Below, piece after piece: positions 57,303-64,000 of a stretch of 64,000 nt of DNA. Source of the stretch: a virus (Duplodnaviria; Caudoviricetes); IMG/VR virus record IMGVR_UViG_3300036801_000104, positions 911 to 64,910 of that record; one strand, 5' to 3'. Position 1 is the stretch's first letter. Each line of letters opens with the position of its first letter. The notes under the pieces were generated by a model that was not told the origin of the DNA, made no database searches, and worked only from the letters and a program-made list of their open reading frames with translations. The translations under genes and the position numbers were made by a program.

Positions 57303-57695
57303 TCATGGCACCTCAAGGAGGAGCTTCCGCCTACTTTTGGCCGCGTGTTTGGAGCAATAGTTTCGGTTGTCTGGCGCGTTACTCTCCCCACAGAAATGGA
57401 ATCCTGGCTCCCCCGGACTGCCGATGCCCCATAGGCAGCATCCACGCTCAGGGAATGGATTGGGGGTTGGAGGGGTAATTCGCCTTGAAGTGTTGCTGCG
57501 CGGGAGAGTGATGTAATCGCGATAACACTTACCTATCACCATATTTTTGGTGCACCCAAGAACTTTGCCGACTTCGGATGCAGTGAGGTTGTCGCTGATT
57601 AATCGGATCAGTTGTTTGACCCTGTCCTCAGTCCAAAAGTACGGGTGATAGACTTTGTAGCCGGTATTTACATCACAAATTGCCCGTCTGGTCAT
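57303..57695 (-). CDS. gcrA: GcrA-like transcription regulator
   Basis: WTEDRVKQL..TASEVG..TKNMVIGK; CLWGIG.P..FHFCG..YCSKH. Confidence 0.85.
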   Translation of the reverse strand: MTRRAICDVNTGYKVYHPYFWTEDRVKQLIRLISDNLTASEVGKVLGCTKNMVIGKCYRDYITLPRSNTSRRITPPTPNPFPERGCCLWGIGSPGEPGFHFCGESNAPDNRNYCSKHAAKSRRKLLLEVP

Positions 57696-57769
57696 AGTGC
57701 GCATACTCCCGATAATAGCCGCCGCTTGGTTGGTCCCTAGCGGCGGCGCTTTACTGGCTATTCAGCTAA

Positions 57770-58081
57770 TCAGTAGTCGCGATCAAGGTCGTGGACTAGG
57801 AATGCTGGCTGCGTCCCCTTACATTGGACGACTTGGGGAGGATCATACAGCTCGAACGAGATCGTCGCGCCGTCGGAGGCAGCAAGCAATAGCTTTACTA
57901 CCTGTCCGTTGTAAATATTTTCAACCCCATACCACTGTCCGTTGACTTTCATGCACGTGCGAAGCGTGCCTGAATGCGTCTGCTTTATGATGCCAACGAC
58001 ACTTGGATCTGCAAGCGCAGATGTGGCGACGAGTAGCATTCCCGCCACTGCGGCGGCCGTTGTTAGTAAGGTTTTACGCAT
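57770..58081 (-). CDS. Small secreted protein
   Basis: Signal ...SALA; Cys pair. Confidence 0.6.
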   Translation of the reverse strand: MRKTLLTTAAAVAGMLLVATSALADPSVVGIIKQTHSGTLRTCMKVNGQWYGVENIYNGQVVKLLLAASDGATISFELYDPPQVVQCKGTQPAFLVHDLDRDY

Positions 58082-58637
58082 GGCTATATCCCTCGAATAG
58101 TGGTCCGGTTGGTTGCTTCAGCACCCGAGGCCGGCATAAGGCGGCATCGGGGAATCGCTTGGCCTCCGCGAGCAGAAACACTGCAATCGCATCGGCTTCG
58201 TCTTCAGTTGCCTCCCATCCTCGCGCTCGGCACGCCTCGACAGTCGCTGCTTTCTTCTCCTTGCGCCGGGCCGCATAATTGTCGCCTGGATATTTATTGC
58301 CTCGGCCGGTCATGCCTCTAGTAGCCTCGCCAGCCATGACTGATGCAGGCTCAATGCCATATTCAGTCGCGATGGTATCGATAAGAAACCCCAAACCCTG
58401 CAATATGAATGACGTTTTGCCATTTATGAATCGCGTCGAGAGGAATGGCTGTTCATAGACGATCAGATCTGGATTTATCGCCACGATAGTCTCATTGAGG
58501 AATTCTTTAAGCGCAAAACCGACCGCTCCCGGTGCTGCGCCCCGGCGCGCAAGCTCAATATGCCCAAAGGCTAATGCCCCACCGGGCTCGCCACGGCACC
58601 AGCCGAGCACCCGGCTCGGATCAAGGGCCAGGATCAT
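58074..58637 (-). CDS. RuvC-like Holliday junction resolvase
   Basis: ILALDP, IVYEQP, K..K and DEADA. Confidence 0.8.
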   Translation of the reverse strand: MILALDPSRVLGWCRGEPGGALAFGHIELARRGAAPGAVGFALKEFLNETIVAINPDLIVYEQPFLSTRFINGKTSFILQGLGFLIDTIATEYGIEPASVMAGEATRGMTGRGNKYPGDNYAARRKEKKAATVEACRARGWEATEDEADAIAVFLLAEAKRFPDAALCRPRVLKQPTGPLFEGYSHA

Positions 58638-58975
58638 TTGCCGCTATGCCAGTCAGGATGCACTGCTTTGACTGCGGCCTCGCCGAGTGGGGTATGCACG
58701 AACTCCCGCAGTGCCCGCACGATGCGCTCGGCTTCTGCCCACTTCTCCTCGCGTGCAGAGCGAGCCTCATCGCTTTCCATGTACAGCTTCACCGCCAGCT
58801 TTATCGGCCCAACCTTCAGGTCAGCTTCGCGGATATCGACGGACACCGCCTTAACGTCTTCCCGCAATTCTTTGATATGCGTTTCAAGCGCCAGTATGCG
58901 GTCGAAGAATGGCTTCTCCTCCAATCCAATATTATGTCCCGGACCATTGCTTGTGCTTTTTAGATTGCGCGCCAT
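58634..58975 (-). CDS. GapR-like (DUF2312) nucleoid-associated protein
   Basis: GHN..FFDRILALETHIKELREDVKAV..; TPLG. Confidence 0.7.
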   Translation of the reverse strand: MARNLKSTSNGPGHNIGLEEKPFFDRILALETHIKELREDVKAVSVDIREADLKVGPIKLAVKLYMESDEARSAREEKWAEAERIVRALREFVHTPLGEAAVKAVHPDWHSGK

Positions 58976-58994
58976 AGCTTATCTCCGTTGAGAG

Positions 58995-59396
58995 TTACCC
59001 TTTGTTGATCCAATCACTCGCAGCCTTAACGAGGTATGCCACAGCATCGACGCGAGCTGCCGCAGCACCAACGATACCGGCAGCAGCATTAGCGAGATTG
59101 GTCGAAGACACGATTTCAACTTCATTGACGATCCCCGCCATTTTCAGAATCTCAGGGAGAAGATAGTCTTCTTCCCACTTCCTCTTGGCATAGTATCGTT
59201 CGAGTAGCCGCTGGCCGACTTCCTCGCGGCGGTAGATTGGCACGGTCTGCTCCGCCCAGAATCGCGCGGTACGCACGGGTATTTCCATTAACCGAGCTAG
59301 CCATTTCGCCGTATCGCGACCGGGCGGGCTCATCGCCCGGATAACTGCTTGATCGTTAACCACTTCTTTGCCGCTTTTCGACAATTTCCCTGTCAT
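58995..59396 (-). CDS. CII-like hypothetical regulator
   Basis: DTAKWLARLMEIPVRTARFW HTH-like segment; position downstream of cro. Confidence 0.55.
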   Translation of the reverse strand: MTGKLSKSGKEVVNDQAVIRAMSPPGRDTAKWLARLMEIPVRTARFWAEQTVPIYRREEVGQRLLERYYAKRKWEEDYLLPEILKMAGIVNEVEIVSSTNLANAAAGIVGAAAARVDAVAYLVKAASDWINKG

Positions 59397-59963
59397 CGCT
59401 CTCGCCTATGTTTGGGGCGTGAGCGAGCAAGCAGACCTCAACCTCCTCATCGAAAGGCCGGCGGCGGCGAGATGCTGCCGCCGCCGGCCCCGTAGGACGC
59501 TGCCGCCACGAGCAAGCGTCCATCCCCTGGAAAATGAGTCCGAGAGCACAGAGCGGCCGGGGAAGCCGCTGTGCGGGAGGATTGCACGGCTCTCGGACTC
59601 GCCGCGCCGGGGGAGGCGCGGATCTCAGAAAGGTGCAGCGGATGACGCCATTACAGACCCACGAGCGACCCCCTAGCCTGTCCTCGATGGCGCCTTTGTC
59701 CAAAGCGAGCGAGAATTCTTTAAAAGAACCCTCCGGACTTAACCGGCCGCTGCTGCCCGCCGGGAGGAAGCGTGCTAGGGGTAACTTGCTAAAGCAGGGC
59801 GACTGGCTCGGCTGGCCGGACCCGTCGCCGGTAGGCTGGGTTGCCGTCACGGACGGCGCGCGCATCATCGCGCTGTTCGAAAGCCCGTATGACGCGGAAG
59901 CATTCATTCGTGCTCGACTGGTCTGAGCCGCTGGCAATGCTGGTGTCATGGCTCGTGTTAGGG

Positions 59964-60161
59964 TTAGGCGCGGTTGTCGCGCTGATCGCGCTGGCGCAGA
60001 CCGCGCTGAGCCGCCGCAATAACCGCTGGCCGGGGTTCCACCGGACGGGTCATCTTGCCGAGACGCCTCCCGACAATATTGCCGAGCAGGGTCGCCAGAA
60101 GAAGGTAGAGGAACGCCCCGAGGACAATGATATCCCACGATAGGCTTGGCATAACTGACAC
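59964..60161 (-). CDS. Small TM protein
   Basis: GGGAG-associated start; one TM. Confidence 0.45.
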   Translation of the reverse strand: MSVMPSLSWDIIVLGAFLYLLLATLLGNIVGRRLGKMTRPVEPRPAVIAAAQRGLRQRDQRDNRA

Positions 60162-60175
60162 TCCCGCGTTGGGGA

Positions 60176-60379
60176 TTACTCGGCGGCCTCGGCGGGCCGC
60201 CAGATATCGGGTCTGATTTCGTGCAGCGGAATTCCCAGCGCCTCATGAATCTTGAGAGCCCGAAGCGGTGGAATTCGACTGCACCGTTTCCAGCCAGAGA
60301 CGGTGGAGTGATCAACCCCGGCAATTTCGCCGAGCTTCTTCAGACCGCCCGCTAAGGTGATGATCTTTTGGATGTCCAT
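60176..60379 (-). CDS. cro: Cro-like HTH protein (YdaS-type)
   Basis: GGLKKLGEIAGV..STVSGW..IPP..EIRPDIW; divergent from the repressor. Confidence 0.85.
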   Translation of the reverse strand: MDIQKIITLAGGLKKLGEIAGVDHSTVSGWKRCSRIPPLRALKIHEALGIPLHEIRPDIWRPAEAAE

Positions 60380-60389
60380 CGTAGAGGCT

Positions 60390-60453
60390 ATGTTGGCGCA
60401 GCAAACTTACTTCGTCAAGCCCCTCCAACAAAAATATGCTGGTCCCGCCAACT
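60390..60453. promoter_or_regulatory. Cro-side promoter and operators
   Basis: TTGACG-N17-CAACAT on the - strand; TGYTGG-N5-CCAACA-like palindromes at 60391 and 60437. Confidence 0.7.
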
Positions 60454-60485
60454 CACGGGATTCACGAATGCGTTAATCTCTCCGG

Positions 60486-60944
60486 ATGGCTCAATCAGGA
60501 GCATCGACGCTCGGCAACTTGATCAGAGCTTGGCGGAGGAAACAGAACGTCTCACAAGCGGAAGCCGCGGAGGCTATCGGAATCTCACGGGCGCACCTGG
60601 CAAACATAGAGACGGGCCGGGATCATCCCGGCAGGGCCACGTTGATGGCTATAGCTGCCTATTACAGAGCAAGCCTAGACGAGCTTTTCTCTCATACACG
60701 CAGACCGATGATCGAGAACGAAAAGACCGCCGTCCTGCCCGAGCAGCTTCTTGAGCTAGCGATCCGCTTTCTGGGACAGGACCGGAGTCTTGATCCCGCG
60801 CGCTATGCTAGGCGTGTCGCGTTAGTCCATAAGGCGCTGCAGGAAGCGCAACGCGATGGGCAGACGATAACGGCCGAGACGGTGCCGGGGATCGTGGCCG
60901 ATGCCCTTGAGAAGGCCCCCGACGATCCCGGCGGCTCCCGATAG
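60486..60944 (+). CDS. cI: CI-like XRE repressor without an S24 domain
   Basis: IRAWRRKQNVSQAEAAEAIGISRAHLANIETG. Confidence 0.8.
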   Translation: MAQSGASTLGNLIRAWRRKQNVSQAEAAEAIGISRAHLANIETGRDHPGRATLMAIAAYYRASLDELFSHTRRPMIENEKTAVLPEQLLELAIRFLGQDRSLDPARYARRVALVHKALQEAQRDGQTITAETVPGIVADALEKAPDDPGGSR

Positions 60945-61311
60945 AGGCGATAAGCGCCAGCGTGGCAACCGTCAACACGGTCCACACCGGCTCCGCCACC
61001 CTCGCGTCCCAACAGACCGGCAGCAGGGCAAACAAGAACGCATACCACCCGATGCGTCGGTGCCCGATAAGCGATCCCAGCGTTACGGCGCAAGCCACAC
61101 CCAGATAGAAGGGCATCAGGCTGATAGGCAGATGCGGCGGGGCGGGGATGGCCGCCGCAATCAGGCAGGCTCCGCCTGCGCAAGCCGCGCCTACAGCCAC
61201 ATTCCATAATGACGGATGATCGACGGGCGGCGATTTCCACGTGCGGGAAGCCCGATCATAGCCCATCTCCGCGAGGATTTCGGCTAGTTCCCGCTGTTCA
61301 GTCTCGGTCAC
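60808..61311 (-). CDS. Four-TM membrane protein in the immunity region
   Basis: Hydrophobic segments; convergent overlap with cI. Confidence 0.5.
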   Translation of the reverse strand: MTETEQRELAEILAEMGYDRASRTWKSPPVDHPSLWNVAVGAACAGGACLIAAAIPAPPHLPISLMPFYLGVACAVTLGSLIGHRRIGWYAFLFALLPVCWDARVAEPVWTVLTVATLALIASIGSRRDRRGPSQGHRPRSPAPSRPLSSAHRVALPAAPYGLTRHA

Positions 61312-61432
61312 CGCCGGGTCTCCAATCTATCTTCAATTTGCTTTCCGCCTGCACCAGGCGGGCGGGGTACACCGTACACCAGAGCAACGCGGAAAGGGTT
61401 AACGGTCCATTACGTGCGGCATTCCGCCACAC

Positions 61433-61485
61433 TGTTGGGTGATCCATCACAAACGGTTGACAAGATCTGCTGGTAATGCCAACAT
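61433..61485 (+). promoter_or_regulatory. Early rightward promoter and operators
   Basis: TTGACA(61457)-N17-CAACAT, flanked by TGTTGG-N5-CCATCA and TGCTGG-N5-CCAACA. Confidence 0.75.
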
Positions 61486-61512
61486 CTCCCCATACCAACC
61501 GGGGAGCATCGC

Positions 61513-61719
61513 ATGTCCGACCCATCGCTGAACGACCTGAAGCGGGCCTTTACCGAAAACCAGCTTCCAGAGTTGCAAGGGGAGCTGGCGGCGTTCATCT
61601 TCAATCATCCGATCTTTGGCGAATTGCCTGCGTATGATCAGAGGGCCGCCGCGTATAGTGCGGCTGTCCATCTGCTGCTGGCGATCCGCAGCCAATCGGT
61701 TGTGGGGCTCGTGCAATGA
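61513..61719 (+). CDS. Hypothetical protein
   Basis: GGGGAG SD. Confidence 0.6.
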   Translation: MSDPSLNDLKRAFTENQLPELQGELAAFIFNHPIFGELPAYDQRAAAYSAAVHLLLAIRSQSVVGLVQ

Positions 61720-61910
61720 CGACACCAACCTACGCTGAAGGGCGATTTGACGCCGAAACGGAGGCCGCGAAATCTCATTTCGACTTAGCTGAGCTATGCA
61801 AGTGCATCGGCGACTTCGGCGACAGTCCTCCCGCCAATTTATATCAACGCGGCTACCTGAAGCGGCTTCTTCAACTAGCCAACGACGCACTCAAGGTGCA
61901 CCCACAATGA
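61716..61910 (+). CDS. Hypothetical protein
   Basis: ATGA coupling. Confidence 0.55.
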   Translation: MTTPTYAEGRFDAETEAAKSHFDLAELCKCIGDFGDSPPANLYQRGYLKRLLQLANDALKVHPQ

Positions 61911-62143
61911 CAGACCTAAGCGAGCGCCGCACTGAACTGCGCGCCAAGGAAGAGGCGCTCCATAACGCCTACATGGCGAGCGAGCCCGGCTCGCAAGAGG
62001 AACGTACCCTCGAATTGGCGCTGGAAGAAGTCATGGACGAGCTTGATGCGCTGTTCCGCGAGGAGCAGGCTGAGTGGGAAACGGAGTCTGCGCGGTCCCG
62101 CCGCGTATTTTTGTTGGATGCCGCTTATGGGAGGATGTTGTGA
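61907..62143 (+). CDS. Acidic hypothetical protein
   Basis: ATGA coupling. Confidence 0.55.
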   Translation: MTDLSERRTELRAKEEALHNAYMASEPGSQEERTLELALEEVMDELDALFREEQAEWETESARSRRVFLLDAAYGRML

Positions 62144-62322
62144 TTCAAGTTATACCCACTGTCGATGAAGTTGAGGCGTTGGCGGCGAAGCTCTGGGCAG
62201 AGAGGGAGCAAATGTATCCGCCTTTCGTCCGAATGGCATGGGATAGAGGAACGGCACTCGCCAAGGGGCGCATGCTGGAGATGGCCGAAGCGATCCTGCT
62301 CGGTCAGGAATTTAGACTATAG
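62140..62322 (+). CDS. Hypothetical protein
   Basis: GGAGG SD, GTGA coupling. Confidence 0.5.
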   Translation: MIQVIPTVDEVEALAAKLWAEREQMYPPFVRMAWDRGTALAKGRMLEMAEAILLGQEFRL

Positions 62323-62334
62323 AGGGGCGCTCCG

Positions 62335-62898
62335 ATGATCCGCTTGATTTCCTTCTGCGTAGGGGTCGCTCTAGCAGGGTCCGCCGCTGCGGCGCCCGTC
62401 GAGTGGGATTTGGTCGCCACGGACTCACAGATCACCGTGGCCAGCCTCACCTTGGCCGGGCCGGATTCGACAGGATCGGCAAGCTGGCCGCTTCTCTCTC
62501 CGACCGCCACTTACACAGGTGACAGCTTCTCGTTCAATTTCGATTTCCCCCATCACCAACCCCTGACACCGGCCTTTGCCCCCGATGCATTCGGCTGTGG
62601 GGCGCGCTACCAGCTCTGCGACTTCAACATAAGCTGGTCGGAAATCGGTGACCAGCTTACCGCTGTCAATATTCGGGTCGACGCTTTCGATGACAGCATT
62701 TTCGCAAGCCTTTCGGCAGCCGTGATCGGTTCTATGGGGCTGCCTTACGACCCCTGCGCCGCCGATGAATCGTGCCGGCTCAGCGGCGCTTGGGTTGACG
62801 CTCCCGGAGCTGTGCCAGAACCAAGCAACCTCGCGCTGCTTGCTGTCGCCTTTGGGTTTTTGGGGCTTGTTAAACTGTATGGGAGATCCTTGTTGTGA
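62335..62898 (+). CDS. PEP-CTERM sorting-domain surface protein
   Basis: Signal ...AAAA; C-terminal VPEPSNLALL + TM + K/R. Confidence 0.85.
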   Translation: MIRLISFCVGVALAGSAAAAPVEWDLVATDSQITVASLTLAGPDSTGSASWPLLSPTATYTGDSFSFNFDFPHHQPLTPAFAPDAFGCGARYQLCDFNISWSEIGDQLTAVNIRVDAFDDSIFASLSAAVIGSMGLPYDPCAADESCRLSGAWVDAPGAVPEPSNLALLAVAFGFLGLVKLYGRSLL

Positions 62899-63641
62899 GC
62901 GAAGTGGCCACTATTGAGAGCCGGGAGGAGGAAGCCCCTCCCCAAACCGGCGTTCTGGCGCTAATCGAGCGGGTCGCACTGGACCCGGCCGCGGATGTCG
63001 AGAAGCTGGAGCGGCTATTCGCGATGCATGAGCGCATGCTGGCGAACCACGCCAGAGAAGCGTTCGCCGCGGCGTTCGTGCGGATGAAGCCGCAGCTTCC
63101 AAGGGTCATCAAAACCCACAAGAACGATCAGACCAACTCGCTCTATGCCAAACTGGAGGACATCAACCAACAGCTCGATCCCCTTCTGGAGAGGTTCGGC
63201 TTTGGCACCGCGACCAAGATAGTCGCCCAAAGCGACGCACTGATCACGATCCGATGCGAGCTATGGCATCAACAGGGCCATGTCGAGTTCACCGAGCTGT
63301 CTATGCCCCCGGATGACAGCGGAATTGCCGGCAAGGTGAACAAGACGAAGCCGCACGCCATCGCCTCGACGGTCACATATCTCAAACGCGTCGGATTGTG
63401 CGCGCTGCTCAACATCAGCACCGGCGACGACAAGGACGGCAATGCACCGGACACAAAGATCAGCGAGGAACAGGTCGGGGAAATCCGCCGGATGATGCTG
63501 TGTATCAAGGACGGGGAAGCCCGGCTGCTAAAATACATGAGGGTTGAAACGGTAGAAGAAATCCCTTCCCAGAAATACCGGAAGGCGATCAGCGCGCTTG
63601 ATCAGCAGATCGCAAAGGAGAAAGGCAATGACGCCAGTTGA
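62895..63641 (+). CDS. erf: ERF-family single-strand annealing protein
   Basis: YAKLEDI, H..GH, STVTYLKR..L..LLNI..DDKDG. Confidence 0.88.
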   Translation: MSEVATIESREEEAPPQTGVLALIERVALDPAADVEKLERLFAMHERMLANHAREAFAAAFVRMKPQLPRVIKTHKNDQTNSLYAKLEDINQQLDPLLERFGFGTATKIVAQSDALITIRCELWHQQGHVEFTELSMPPDDSGIAGKVNKTKPHAIASTVTYLKRVGLCALLNISTGDDKDGNAPDTKISEEQVGEIRRMMLCIKDGEARLLKYMRVETVEEIPSQKYRKAISALDQQIAKEKGNDAS

Positions 63642-63819
63642 GGAACAGATCCTTCGGAACCAAACCGCTATCCTGGGAATGTTAAACAACATTATGCCAG
63701 TGAGCGAGGATAGCCTGAAGAAGAGCATCCAGCGAGCGGCGATGTGCATAAAGGAAACTTGCCTTCTGCTGGAAGCTGAATCGGCACAAGGGAGCACGGT
63801 CCATGCCTATCCTGCATGA
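63628..63819 (+). CDS. Hypothetical protein
   Basis: AGGAG upstream; overlaps both neighbours. Confidence 0.5.
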   Translation: MTPVEEQILRNQTAILGMLNNIMPVSEDSLKKSIQRAAMCIKETCLLLEAESAQGSTVHAYPA

Positions 63820-64000
63820 CTGCGCCCAATACGGCGAGAAATACGACCAACTAAAACTAGGCCTGCCGACCAGCTCGAACTTCTCCAGGATCATCACGCC
63901 GGGTGGCGAGCCGTCGCGCCAGTGGAAAGGATACGCCTACCACCTGATTGCCGAGCGGCTGTTGGGGCGCAAGGTCAACACATACACATCCCCGCATATG
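63803..64000 (+). CDS. YqaJ exonuclease, N-terminal part (runs off the window end)
   Basis: MPILHDCAQYGEKYDQLKLGLPTSSNFSRIITP...TSPHM; GGGAG SD. Confidence 0.85.
   Translation, partial: MPILHDCAQYGEKYDQLKLGLPTSSNFSRIITPGGEPSRQWKGYAYHLIAERLLGRKVNTYTSPHM

Noticed and set aside
59356-60324. 322-aa - strand ORF and overlapping + strand ORFs
   Set aside because: Low-complexity translation overlapping cro; I could not determine the true coding frame between 59400 and 59960.
1-64000. Alternative genetic code or stop-codon readthrough
   Set aside because: Core genes (terL, capsid, int) are intact in code 11; the portal split involves frame changes, not an in-frame stop.

Overview
The window is an almost complete, circularly permuted genome of a temperate short-tailed (podovirus-type) dsDNA phage. 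A YqaJ exonuclease gene starts at 63803, runs off the end and resumes at base 2. GcrA-like and GapR-like genes point to an alphaproteobacterial host. The + strand carries the repressor and an early recombination operon (ERF, YqaJ, DUF968-like). The - strand carries cro, gapR, ruvC, gcrA, xis, int, an intact attP (3' half of tRNA-Thr-GGT), a replication initiator, terminase, portal, scaffold, capsid, tail tube, ejection proteins and lysis genes. The most unusual part is the late region. At least nine fibre, tailspike or adhesin-like proteins carry Sec-type signal peptides and paired cysteines. Several cadherin-like Ig domains end at '-ATQ' and lack their last beta-strand, and in two cases the next, overlapping gene begins with a strand that could complete the fold. 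This suggests an exported plug-and-socket (donor-strand) adhesin assembly system. Other oddities are a portal gene split by an inserted mini-gene, attP separating the lytic promoter from the replication gene, an S53 protease without a prodomain, a HiPIP-like protein, an Acb2/Tad1-like protein and a PEP-CTERM protein. All family calls come from motif recognition by eye; no database searches were run.
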